Source: Bugula neritina
Taxonomy: Eukaryota; Animalia; Bryozoa
Direction of reading: 5' to 3'
Length of the DNA stretch: 64,000 bases
Assembly (NCBI GenBank): GCA_964035545.1
Contig: OZ037768.1
Coordinates: 17,529,875 to 17,593,874, forward strand
Of the stretch, positions 1-16,480 are shown one piece after another (position 1 is the first letter of the stretch; every line of letters begins with the position of its first letter). The notes under the pieces are model-generated. The model saw nothing but the letters and a program-made list of their open reading frames with translations, did not search any database and had not been told where the DNA came from. The position numbers and the translations under genes are program-made.

Positions 1-104
1 TGACGTAGATCTAACTTTTGTTAATTTCTCATTTAAATAACAGAGTACACATACGCACATTTCGCACACCCAGATTTTATTCTTATATTCTATGCATTTT
101 GTAG

Positions 105-3100
105 GTGTTTGCAAACGGTATTAAAAGATTGTTTGCCTAAGAAACCTAATAAAGTGAATTCAATCCCTGTGTAAGTACACTACCAATTACATTTTTGTGT
201 TAAATTTATTTGCTTAAGTAGCTTTATGATTGAAGCATACATCTTTGTCTGTTGTACTTACCGTTCAACATTTTCATTACAGTCCTGGTTTAACCGAACC
301 AATAGTGTCTATGGTTGGAATTAGTGAAGAAAAGCTTGCACAGGTGAGAATTATCTTCAAAACAGCAAAAGTGATAAGTAGTGTTATTTAAGATCTTGCA
401 ACAAACAATTTGACTACAGCTTTGTCAACAAAAAAAGTTTAAAATACTGATTGAATTATAAGTTTTGTAAACAAAAGTTTTACGTAATTTACCTTGTCAA
501 ACATGTTATGCTATTTACTACGGGATATTCTTCAAAAACCCAAACTTTTCACAATTTTTGGCTCTATATAAGTTGGCAAATGCTTCAATATAGTTAATAC
601 GGTCACAGCCATGTGTTTTAGATAAAGAAGTTGTTTGGGAAATGCAAATCTGCATTGACTGAATGCTTAAATGTGAACCGAACAGCTTGCATACCAACAT
701 ATGATTGCTTTGATTTTGGGAGCTCTGCCCTGGGTGACCTTGAACTCAACTGGAAGAAAGGTGATACCTGCGGCATAGAGGTTTGGGGCCAGCAGGTAAA
801 TCTTTTCTGTTTGTGTATTTAGAATTTTATGCTTCAGTTTATAGTTTCTCTTGTTTTTACTCTGCTTTGTGAGTCTTTCTTTTCAAACATTATATGCAGA
901 GTTGTGAGCCTTTTCCATTTTCTATTTTGGAACTGATTAGCATACATTGCAAAAGTCAAGTTGATGTGTTTTTTAAAATGTGGTAATGCTTCAGTGTGCA
1001 AGTTGCATATTTATTAGTTATATTGGGTTCTGTATGAACTGAAGTTGGCTCACAGACAGTTCATGGCTGAGTTCACTTTTTTCCGTTAGTGTTTAAGTAA
1101 TCTGCTTCTTGTTGCAGGCAGGTTTAAAAAATATTGTAAGTCATATTAGATGGTTGGTCTTTATTAGAAATTTGTAAATCAGAAAAAAATGTTCAATACT
1201 AAAATATATACAAACTAGATTAACTTAGTTTTACCTGCATCTTGTATGAAGGTTTATTTTTCATTATGTTTAAAAAAAATATATTCTTTCAAAATATTAT
1301 GATATATATTGATTGTAAAAAATTATGCAGCCATTCATTTTATTATTATATAAGTTGTTTATTTGTTTTAGATAGCATTTGACCTTGGAGCAGTTTATTT
1401 TTATGAAACTGATTACTACAAAGCGCTAGATATGTTCAACATAGCCCACACACACAGCACTAAGGTAATAATTATATTTATTACCTGTGAAACTCCTGCC
1501 ATGTTCAGCTCATTTAATTAACTTTAGTTGAGTCTCCTTGGAGTAATAATATGCAGGAATGTAAGAAGGGAGTCGTGAACCCTTCGCAATATTTGCATCA
1601 TATTATCTTATATGAATACTTATTGTTGCTATATCCAGGCTCCAAGTACAGGCGTTGAAGTTGGGACGCTGTCAGGTTATATCAAAGCATGCAACTCTTT
1701 GGTCCATCAAGAGAAACACGTTGGCAACATTATCAATGTGTTTAATGATGCCTTGAAGAAGTCTGATAGTCAGGTACTCTTGGTTATATATGCTATGCTT
1801 TACAAACTTAAACTTAACTTCAAGTGTGTTTTCTTATGGTATAGGACGGAGTTGTCCAACTTTTTCGGAGTGAGAGCCACTGAAATGGAATATTCCGGTG
1901 TGAGGGCCACATTGTAAACTTTAATTTGAGTCAGAGCCCACGGCATCAGTATTTTTCAAATGACTTTATTCCATATTCTTACGAGTCATTACACAATAAA
2001 GTGCCTATAGTTGTTGCAAGCTGCATGTTATGGAGTATTATATAAATAAGATATTGAAAAAGTAATAATTTTTCATTCTAATTCATTTATACATGTGAAA
2101 AATAATTTTAGTTTTATGCCTTTGAGGGTCACATCAATTGACAGCCCTGATATAGGATGTATGAAGATAGTTGTTTGCTTCTAACTGTATATTGTAGGCA
2201 CTAGTGGAAGTCCTGGAGAAGAACTTGGTGACGTGCTCGCTGCCTCGCACAGCAGCTGACCACGTCAGCTTACTTCTTCATAAGATAAAGGAAGAAAGTG
2301 TGAAGTAAGATATATCATAAAGTTGCTTCTATTAAAACTGTGGGCAAATGTTTATTTCAACTTTCATTACTGATACAGTGCTCCCTGAGTATCTCACGTA
2401 AGCTGTGAGTCCCAAAACCTCAATTCATGAGATAGTAGAATACCATATTTAACTTACGGATCCATTAAATTTGGCCATTTCGTCCCTATACACATACATA
2501 AGCCACAAAACGAGGCCCAAGCCTTTCTCGTGGACCAAGGAATTTAGTGAGAAAGAGATCTGTGAGCTTGGGAGGGAGCACTGTATATAAATTTTATTTT
2601 GAATTTGTTTTCAATTTCTGTTTGTAGCTTAAAAGGTGCCAACGTTACCAAGTTGGACTGTCTCTGTTGTATTCTACATGTCAAAAGAGGGGATGCATAT
2701 TGTCTCCTACAGTTATCGGAGTCTTCAGAGAAGAATCAGCAGTACAGCTATTTGGTCGAAGTATGTTGGGAACACGCGCTTCAAGTGTTGCATATAATTA
2801 TTAATGGAGTTTCTGTTTATAATTTCCCTTGAGGAGTTGTATTATTGATTTGTATTGTAGATGCTATCTGTTGCAATAGGGAACTGCTCCCAAACTGAAA
2901 AGTCCAACCTCATCTCTTTCCTAGACTATCTGTTGAACACAGAGCCTCTGATGATAAAAATAATGCTGACGGCTAGTGAAAAGGTTAAATCTCTTCTCAG
3001 CTCCATATCCAGCGACAACTCAGTAAAGAGCCCTGGTCTCTTTACATCTCCTACCACACAGTCACTACTTGGTATGATCATTATCTTAATCTGTAGCCCC

Positions 3101-6100
3101 TCATTCACACTTACCGTACCGTAGGCAGTAACAGCAAATATCAGCCATTTTTACAAATGTCTGAGCATCCTGTACGGCGTTGCAATACGTTAGGATCAAG
3201 CACTGCTTGATTCAAAATTGTTGGGGTGGACTTCTATTGGACAGAAAACCTTTGCGTCAACTCATTGGATATAATTGTCCAATGAAGTGTCATAGATCGT
3301 ACCTAATAGCAGACTTTGAAAACTTCAGCCCGGACACATTAAAATGGCTAATATTTTATGTTACGACCTGCGGTACGGCAAGTGTGGATGAGGGGTAAAA
3401 ACAATTGCCATTATTTATTTTTTCAAATATTTAACAGCCTATATGTTGAAACAAGACAAGCAACTTTAGTTTTTACATATGTAGAATTTATCTTCTAGTA
3501 TAGAATAAAATATACTGTAAGATTACTCACGTTCATATGAGTTTTGATTGGCAGATTTGTCTTCTATGGTGTAAAAGAAAATTTCCTTTCAATGAGATTT
3601 TACAGAAATTATTTTTAGCCTTCAAATCTTCGTAATTATGAGGAATAAAAGAAAGTCTCCCTACAGTAGCACATTACATTTAACTGACTATTCCAAGAAA
3701 CCAGGTTATGTTATTTGTTTACTTTTGGTGTATTAACAGTTTAAGTTTTAGTTATAGGTCAGTGGTTATAGTATATTTGCTTGTTGTAGAACCACAGGCA
3801 TACGATGTGAGTGATACAATCATAGCTCTTACTTATAATCCGGATAAGATCTGGCACTTCCTCTGTACATTACATTCTCCCGCTGAGCTCAAGACAGTTG
3901 CAGACTTTGTAAGTTGTAACAATTTCATTGTATTGAATTTTGGAATTTGTTACCAAATGCTGTTATTAGAAAGTATTGGATTCATTTATTTCAAAAGACC
4001 TAATGTTGTGCAAAGTTATTTTCTATGTTATAGGATCTGGAAAATCTTTGAAAGAGTATCATTTAAGTTTTAATTTAATCTTATCACATAATGCAGTCAT
4101 ACAAATTTTTGCATAGAATTCTTTTGAATTAACGTCTTTTGACTGACTTGGTTAGGTAAATTTTCTAATAAAAAGTGCCAAATGGTAGGAAGGGTTTTAT
4201 ATTTTAAATATTTTTTGTGCTAATTTGTTTAAGTGAGGCTGCATACTTACATTTTTTATCAAATTGATTTTGCCGAAAGTTAAAACAAGTTTTATCAGCT
4301 TTCTATGACTTATGTCACTTGAGTCAAGATAGTTTATAGACTGTTTAGAGTTGCATACTCTTTTCAGAACAAGATAGAAATAAGTTAGGCTAGTTTTATA
4401 GAAAATAAATTATCTAAATTTATTAGGAATGTGATGCTCTATAGTAGCAAAAGACTTCTTTGCTGCTTGCCATTTGACATATTTCCTCGTGGTTATAGTG
4501 GAAACTGCCCAAAGAGCTGGACAAGCTGTTTACTAATGAGTTGAAAATGGACTTGAATTCCGTGTGTGCTTACATACTAATTGCTAAAGCTAAAGAGCTC
4601 ATTCTTACTAAGGTATGAATTATTAGTATTTGTGGTGCTGTATATACTCTAGCAGTGTAAACTTTGAACATGTTTGGTAAACTATGCTATTATACAGTAA
4701 GCTGTATTTCCAGACAACTTTTATAAGTTATCAATATTTTAAATCCTAAATTTGATTTAATTATCTTTCAACCTTTTTTTCCTGGCAATAATTTTTTAGA
4801 CTGTTCCCTTCCATACTACATACATTATATATCACCATTCTTCTGTGACATTATTCACATTGCTTAATAATCATAAGGAAATTCTCACCTATCTTCGCTT
4901 TGTCCTCTTCGGGTAGCTGTCTCAGACCTAGCTCAATTAGGCTTCTCTACCTAACCCTGTTCTGAGCTTCCTCTTCATTGAAAGAACAGGATTGGAGATC
5001 TTTCCTGATGGTATCCTGTCATCTATGCTTTGGGCGTCTCCGATTTCTCTTTCCTCTTTCCTCATCTCATGCACTCTTCTGATATCATCTTTTTCTCTTC
5101 TGCATATATGTCCAAGCCACTGCCACCTTCTTCTCATCAGTTCTAACACTTTCGTGGCTTTCGCTTCTTGCCTTATGCTCTCATTGGTTTTGTGCTCTTC
5201 AAGAGTATTCCTAGGCTACATTGCAACATTCTCATTTCGAATACACTAAATCTTTCCACAAGGTAATCAGTCACTGGTCATGTTTCCGCTCCATACAGTA
5301 GCACCAGTCATATTACTGTCGTGTAAATGAGCACCTTTAGTTTTTTTGGGACTTACTGGTCACAAAAATCCCGGTCAGCTCCCCCCATTTATCCCAGGCT
5401 GTGCCAATGCGCACTTGCACCTCTGTCCTGCATCATCCCTCCTAGTGGATTGGTAAAATAAAATACATAATTATTAGGTAACACTTTAAAAAAATTCAAT
5501 ACGAGACAGATTAGCCTTTGGTTTTACAATACAGGAGTATTCCCAGGCTGTGATTTTACTAGAAGCAGCTGAAAAAACTGTGAGAAATGCTATAAAGATA
5601 CAAAAGATAATAAGATGGGAACTTTTGTATTGCAATTTGTTGTCCTCCAAGTCTGGTGATGGTAAATCTACGTCAGCTGATACGACTCAGAAAGTCAAGT
5701 CGTGCCTCTACTCTCTTAAAGTTGACTCGGGTAATTTACATGTCTCAAGGGTAGTGTAATGCAAAGCTGTTAAAGAAAAGACTTTAGTCTGTCTTTTTTT
5801 TGTGGTGTGTATAAAAATTACTTTCAAACAGAGTTTTGACTTTTGACTTTTTTCTTTCATTTTTCATGCCTACTTATTTTATAGCCCGTATTTACACTGA
5901 ATTTCGCAAAGTGTTGTCATGTCTGTGATATGCAATAAATCAGCCAATCAATAGGCTTTGCTGTCCACCATGTTTATGATTAGTTAGTTTAGTGTTTAAG
6001 CAGATGCAAGTTGTCTGATAAAGTGCAACGTGTAATGTTATTATTTCTTGTTCCAAAAATTTTAATTAAAAAAGAAAATTTAAGGCTAAAAATGGAAATT

Positions 6101-9100
6101 CGACTACATATAAAGTGGTCAATTAATGTCGATCTGTCCATGTTTTACTACATCAGTTGCGCATTTCAACCAACACCATGCATTTCAACCAACACCACGA
6201 TTTTACTATATTAATATTATGATTTTCAGAAATATACCCTCATGATAACCTGGTTATGGAATGTGTGTCTTATCTCTTACTATCAAAAGACTGGGAATAT
6301 CTTTCTTCTCTCCACGATACAAGAGTTGCATACACAGAGGTAAAACCAAATCATCAACAATGCTTTTACTTATGTTATTCAAATATTGGCATCTTAATGT
6401 TTTCTGTTTCACCAACAGTTTACAACAAAGTGTTGGTAATTAAAAACTTAAAGAATCCCTGACACACTTCACTTATGCAGTACTAAAATATTTTTATATA
6501 TACGTTAGTTTTCATTTGCATGCTGTTCTAAGGTTGGATGCCTAAACAATTTTGTTCTATAATGAATCTTGTGCGAGTATGTACTGAAATGATTTGGGAT
6601 TTCTGATCGGCTGGAAATGAAATTTTTGGTTGGCTTTGAGTTTACAGCTACTATAAAACTTATACTAACAATAGCATGCAATGAAAGTGAGCTATAATTA
6701 GTATAAGTTTTTTAGTAGCTGTAAAGTCAAATCGAACCGAAAATTTCATTTCTAGGCGATCAGAAATCCCAAATCATTTCAGTACATACTCGCACAAAAT
6801 TCATTATAAAACAAAGTTGTTTAGGCATCCAACCTTAGAACAGTATGCAAATGAAAACTAGCATATATAAGAATATTTTAGTACTGCATAAGTGAAGTGT
6901 GTCAAGGATTCTTTAAGACCTAATTTATTATAACAATTATTTAAATGCTATTATGTTAATTCATGTCTACAGATGTTATTCATGCAAATACTTTTTCAGA
7001 TTTTAATATACATGTTATGTTGTCTTAGAAATGCTGCAAAAAGTACCAAATACAAATCTATCAACTTGTAAGATATTTTTAGAATGCCACTCCTTGATGA
7101 TTTGCACTTCTCGTTTATTATCTGACTATCTTTTATACCTGAAGAATGTTCTGATATCTGCAGCAACAGCATAGCTTAAGTATAAGAGTAGATGGGGGAC
7201 AGAGTAGGAAAGTGGTAATAGCCTAGCCGAGACTACTCTTAAGTGCTTGTTGATGTCTCTGAATTGAGGCAGGCTAGTGGTTGTCGAATCTAGAATGCAG
7301 CTAAAGAATTACATGTCCCGATGTTTTTGTCAGTATTGTGGTTGTTTTTAATTGCAAGTTTTTACTTTGGGCAGCTTTTTGCTTTGAGTTTGTTTTTTCA
7401 AAGATTGAAGCTCTTGAGTATCATAGATATGTTTCTAGCGAGTTCTTTTACCTTCAAACACAATTGTCGGAGCAATACTAGTATGGCGTATTTTGCAAAT
7501 CATTTAAATTTTAAACTCATGTGTACCCTTTGTTTTATCTGTTGATTCTTTTATTTACCAAATCAGCAACAAATGTTTGAGTTTTTCTGGGGTCATAACA
7601 CTATTTGAATCTCGGTGGAATAGAGTTGCATCAATTTCCAAATGAAGTTGCACAGTTATATACCACAAATACGGTTTATTGTTGAGCATGTGCATGTAAT
7701 GTGTATTCAAGTGCTATATTGCTTGCCTTTTGTTAATTTACACTACTTTAATTTTGGATCACTATGATATTACGATTCTTTACTTACTGCACACACATCT
7801 ACATTTAGAGACTTTTATAGACTATGAGGCAATAGTGGTATGAGTGACTTCTAGTCTATTAAGAAGTGCAACTGGTTTAGGAGAATTATATGTTTCCCTG
7901 ATGGTTATTGTAATAAAAATGCTTAACAACATTATTCAGTTAATATTTGGCTGTTGTCATTTCATGGATGAATCAATAATTAAGAAACTGGAAGTTGCCA
8001 GTGCAATGATGTAATTATAAAGTAGGTTAAGGTGTCTATATTATATAACAGTTCAATCAATCAGTAACTTGCAGACTTGTTATACCAACAATCTGGTGAT
8101 GTCAGATAACACCATCTTGCCTGACTATCTTTAACCAAATGCCTCTGTTTTTCGTATTGACTGGTCTTACTACATTGTTGCAACATTCAGTATAATATAG
8201 TTTCATCTCTATTTCAGTACTCCAGGCAGCTAATAAACGTGTGCAAAGAGTTGCCAGCTGTTCAGTATGCAAAGGCCCCTGGCAAAGTTCTATGGGAGTC
8301 CTCCATTGTCATCTTCTCTCTTCAGAATGTTGGTAAACGAGTGAGACTTGGAAACCAGGCAATGCTTCCCAAGGATGCATACAAGAAGTTCATACTGACA
8401 ATAAATGTATGTTTAGTATATAACAACTATTATTGTTCAACATTAGGTCTACTGGTATTACACATCTTTTTCTTTTAGCGATGTTACATTTTAATTATAT
8501 TTTTGGAACTTTTCTTGTGTGACTCTCTTTTGGAAGAGAACTGCAAAGTGTCCTACTACATAGAGCACACCTGTTTTCTGCTGCCATAACCATGTGTCAT
8601 CTAATGTTTACAGGAACCGCTGGTTCTCTCCGTGCTCATATCTCTACTCACTAAAATCTACAGTCTCAAGACTACAGATACTGATATTGATAAAACTAAC
8701 CAGTTCAGCTCTGTGTGGCCAGAGTCTATGTCGTAAGTCATATGCCTTTCACTGTGTGCTAAACATGTGAGTGATATACTTTTCACTGTGTACTAAACAC
8801 GTGAGTGATATACCTTTCACTGTGTGCTAAACATGTGAGTCATATACTTTTCACTGTGTGCTAAACATGTGAGTGATATATGCCTTTCACTGTGTGCTAA
8901 ACATGTAAGCAGGTGTGACTGAAACTGGTGTTCTCTATTAGCAGCAGCTTGTTTCACTAAACCAGAATATATTTTAGAATGTAATCCCTCCTTCATCAGA
9001 AATTACTGGCTCTAACATGGGTTGAAATTATCACTTTACTAAGAGAACTTTAACTATAGCTGTGACTGTTTATTACACGTCACTGTCAATTCTATACTTT

Positions 9101-10794
9101 GCAGAATGCCACTTCTCAACTCCATAGATGAGGACTACATATGTGAGCTGATGATACAGCTGGTACAACACGCACTCAGCATCAATTCTATGCAGTCTTC
9201 TTGGCTGAAAACCTATGCAGAAATACAGTTTGGTAATTTACTAATTTCTTACGGTTCACATTATTATAGTATCTTGATGAGTTATATACTGCCAAAGCAT
9301 TGTTTTTAAAAGTAGTATTATTTTGCACGTTCACCAAATCATGCGATGTTTCCTACTTGGTTCCACTAAATCTGCTTTACAGCTGTTGGTAATTTGAGAG
9401 ACGCCATGAAGTACTACCTGCAATCTGCTAATGTGGCAAGCAATAATTTCATGCAGCCAGTACCCTCATACGTGTTTGACAAGGAGGTAAGCCGTGTTCG
9501 TTATACTTCCTGTTTCCTTGGTTCATGAAGATGATGTTCTTGCTTGGATAGTGTGTACTAACCAGGTTGCTTACAGTAATAGTATTATGCTGATCTATTT
9601 ATCACACACTGTAGGTACATTTTACTAACTCAGAGATAGCCATGTTATTGTATGCTAGATTTTCTTAGCTGTGGGGTATTCTTTGTACAGAACTATTGCA
9701 GGTATATACTCGTATGGTGAAGTGTTGCGTGCAGCTGAAACAGTACACTCAGGCTGCAGTACTCTCTCAGCTGTTTGACGAACCTGATTATATGGCTACA
9801 TTCAAATACCTCCAAGAGAAAGAGTGCCATGATGGCATGGATATATACTATGACTACCTTTGGGACATTAACGTCATGGAATATCTCATACGTATCCTTT
9901 CTATTAATTGTTCTTCTAACTCATTTTTCTATTTAGTTTGGTTTAAGAAAGCAAAACGATTTAGTAATGTTTATGGAAGTAGTTGGTTTGGGTATGAACC
10001 AGGCACACTTCGTTCAGATCTGTGTATTGCTGTGCTTTCTATTGTCTAAATCGTCTTTAGAATTTGAGTACTATTTACTTCCCACTACTGTTGTCAACAT
10101 ATATAATCAATGTTAGAATATCAAGACTGCTAATTTTATTGACTTGTTTTCAGCTGTTCTTATCTCATAAGATCTAAGAATCCTAAAGAAAATGCTAGAT
10201 AATTGTTTTTGTTCAGTTACCTTGGGATTTCAAAGTTACCTTTTTAGTTAATGTATTACCTTTATTCATTAATTATTCAATCTTCACTCAAACAGATATA
10301 TGTTTTTTGGTCTTGGCATTATTATGCTTTCTCTTTTTTCCTCAACGCTAGTGATTTCAGATCTTCATGACAAAAGAGGAGAATTAGACAAGAAGCAACA
10401 ACTGGTGGGACAACTACTCAGCCTTATTATTTCTCTTCTGTATTAAAGAATGTTAACCTGGTTTTCGAATTTATACAGCCTTTGGAATACTTTATTGTAT
10501 CAAATGTTGGGAGATATTGTATGCATCCTCTAAAAGTTTATGGCAAGCGTAACATTTGCTGTTCTGCTTATGTTGGTGTATTTTTATCTCTATATGCTTT
10601 TACATTGTTTATCCTTTATAATACTCGCATCCACTGATCTGTTGTAGATTACAATTATAAGTAACCCGGAGATCAACACCAACAACCCCGAGCCTATTTT
10701 GCAGACTTGTAGGTCACAGAAAACAGCTAAATTTTTCCGATTGATGTGCAAACAATATGGCTACCAGGCTAAATCATTCAGCTTTTCTATTTGA
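105..10794 (+). CDS. INTS8: Integrator complex subunit 8, multi-exon, 5' end outside the window
   Basis: Spliced C-terminal exons read VYTRMVKCCVQLKQYTQAAVLSQLFDEPDYMATFKYLQEKECHDGMDIYYDYLWDINVMEYLI-HLHDKRGELDKKQQL-ITIISNPEINTNNPEPILQ...KFFRLMCKQY, matching the recalled INTS8 C-terminus (..DAMDSYYDYIWDVTILEYL.YLHHKRGE.DKRQ..ELNASNPEEVLQ). GT-AG exons chain in frame to a TGA at 10792-10794. Confidence 0.9.
1847..2149. mobile_element. hAT-like MITE in an INTS8 intron
   Basis: Degenerate termini CGGAGTTGTC.. / ..GACAGCCCTG, internal GAGGGCCACA-like subterminal motifs, and a near-perfect 8-bp flank duplication (GTATAGGA / ATATAGGA). Confidence 0.55.
2376..2583. mobile_element. Tc1/mariner (pogo/Tigger-like) MITE
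   Basis: TA-CAGTGCTCCCT ... AGGGAGCACTG-TA: perfect 11-bp TIR with TA target duplication. Confidence 0.75.
3097..3395. mobile_element. MITE with ~29-bp TIRs (PIF/Harbinger-like termini)
   Basis: CCCCTCATTCACACTTACCGTACCGTAGG pairs with the reverse complement of CCTGCGGTACGGCAAGTGTGGATGAGGGG. TSD is unclear. Confidence 0.6.
4870..5450 (-). mobile_element. Degenerate non-LTR retrotransposon 3' fragment (RTE-like)
   Basis: Minus-strand translation includes RRRWQWLGHICR, the typical post-RT motif of RTE-type LINEs. Frames are broken. Confidence 0.65.
6452..6912. mobile_element. Fold-back non-autonomous DNA transposon with TTAA TSD (Kolobok-like)
   Basis: ~220-bp inverted arms around a ~15-bp spacer; TTAA at 6448-6451 and 6913-6916; AG...CT termini. 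Confidence 0.75.
8733..8910 (+). repeat. 34-bp minisatellite (~5 copies) starting at an INTS8 5' splice site
   Basis: Unit GTGAGT(G/C)ATATAC(C/T)TTTCACTGTGTGCTAAACAT; unit starts at 8733, 8767, 8801, 8835, 8869 and 8905. Confidence 0.9.
9892..10360 (+). other. U12-type (minor spliceosome) GT-AG intron in INTS8
   Basis: 5' site GTATCCTTT; branch motif TTTCCTCAAC at 10337-10346, ~15 nt from the 3' AG. Removing it restores EYLI-H-LHDKRGE. Confidence 0.85.
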
Positions 10795-11693
10795 TTCGTA
10801 GCCTTTGCTACTTTGATTTGAACCAAATATGTGTATAGCATGCATATCACAGTGTACAGTTTAAAGTTAGTTGATAATATTATACGGCAGACACTGCTAG
10901 CCTCATACATTTTCTTAAAGTCTTGCAAAACTTGTTATGCTGAATTTTTGTGTTGAAATTTTAAGAACTTCGTAAATAAATGTACATAGCATTGCCATAA
11001 TAGAACAAGCTGAGTTATGCATATACATACATTATATTGGGCTTTAATGTGTACAATAATGGTATTAATAGAGCATAAATTAGAAAGAGCACGATTCTCT
11101 GTGGTTCTGGCCCTCCTAGGGAATGTACTACTCTCTGTATTCTCCACAAACTCTGGCTGTCACTCTATCTGCTCTGGCTGTCACTGTATCTGCTTTTGCT
11201 GCTGTATCACCCTATATACAGGCACAAGCATCGTTTCTACCGCACTAGTCTGAGGAACATTGTAACTCTCCAAATAATAAATGCAAAGAAGTATATAAGT
11301 TGACAAGTATGATCACCCTAACTTGATATCTACACAGGAATAGTTATGATTGTTGAAAATTAGCATACAATACTCATTACATAGTAGCAAAGCTCTATCA
11401 TTTTGGCATAGTATTCATATTCTAAATGTTATACTCCTATACATATATGCAGCAAAAACAACTAAAGTTTACTTGTTTCAGTTGAAATTTGCTGAACTAG
11501 AGAATAGAGACATTTCAGATCATGAAAATGCAATCTCATATTTATTGTAGGTATTTTACCTTTTGCAGGTATCCAGACCTCTGAGCTGTAGCAATTAATC
11601 ACAAGTTTGTCATAATTAATAACATATGTCAAAAGTTGATTAAATTACAGGATTTTCTTACGGATTTACTCAAAGTTATCTATCATCAGAAGT

Positions 11694-11765
11694 GGCTTGT
11701 TGGTCTAGGGGTATGATTCTCGCTTTGGGTGCGAGAGGTCCCGGGTTCAAATCCCGGACAAGCCC
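11694..11765 (+). tRNA. tRNA-Pro (TGG)
   Basis: 72-nt cloverleaf GGCTTGTTGGTCTAGGGGTATGATTCTCGCTTTGGGTGCGAGAGGTCCCGGGTTCAAATCCCGGACAAGCCC; anticodon stem CTCGC/GCGAG; followed by a T-run Pol III terminator. Confidence 0.97.
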
Positions 11766-12943
11766 TACTTTTTGGTTTTGTTGAAAAAAGCTCTGCATAA
11801 ACCAACTGAAACACAGCCTAAGACACTACAAGGCTTGTTTTTACTAGAGTTATTTTATATTTGCACATGGGTATTAACGGCATATGTTATATGCTGCATA
11901 TTGTACATGTATAATACTATATTTCATTGGATTGTGTTATAACAGTATTTGAAGTTTCGTTGTTATCGTTACAGACATCAGCAACTAACCATGCATTAAA
12001 AATTTGAAAAAATTGAGAGTTGCCTTTTTTTGGTTTGATCATCTTTTATCTTCTCATTAAATTAGATTGTGTTGAAAAATACATTATAAAACAATACAAT
12101 GTACACTATATATAATATATTATATGTATTTAATTCTGAAGAATATGTCATTACATTAAGAAAGACAATAATTGATGACACAACGCTGACACAACGTATT
12201 CAGATTTTACTCATGATTGCCTCTCACCAGAGTTTCTTGCTGAACAAATTTACTACACAATTGATAACAGATGTTGTGAGACTATGGAAGTTTTTCTCTA
12301 CAAAGAAGATGATTTTTCTTACAGAGAATCATTTCACTCACAATTATTCTGGCTTATACTTGTGATGGCTGTGTATTATCGTATTACTATTCATAGGTAG
12401 GTACACTATGTGCTATCATTTTATTAGGTAAGTACACTGTGTCCTGTGTATTATCATATTAATTATTACTACTCTTAGGTAAGTACTCTGGGTACTATAA
12501 AACAACATTTATATATAATTTTGACAGTTTTATGCTGCACATTGATATTCAAAGATTGATATAGTTATTGTACAATTCATAGTAATTTACAAGTTGCAAT
12601 TCAATGATTGAAATCCACTGCAGTTTATGTTTTTATCAAGTTTAATGTCTATAATGAATGGCAATGTGAGAAATGCTCTGAAGTTAGTCATTCCTTCTGA
12701 AGTTAACCAGTTCAGCTACTTGTATATATAAAAGAACTCACTCACTACAACTTTGTGCAACAGCCAATAAAACATGAGCTAGAAAACAAACGCATTTGGT
12801 AACATATATTGATATGAAATACTGCATAAGAACACTTATAGCAAAGAATTATACTATCATGAACTTATAGGTACATGAAGCTTCCTTTTCCACTTTTTAG
12901 AGTTGCCTACTCGATATCCTCATTTTAGCGGTTTTTCTCACCT

Positions 12944-16480
<3,537 letters not shown>

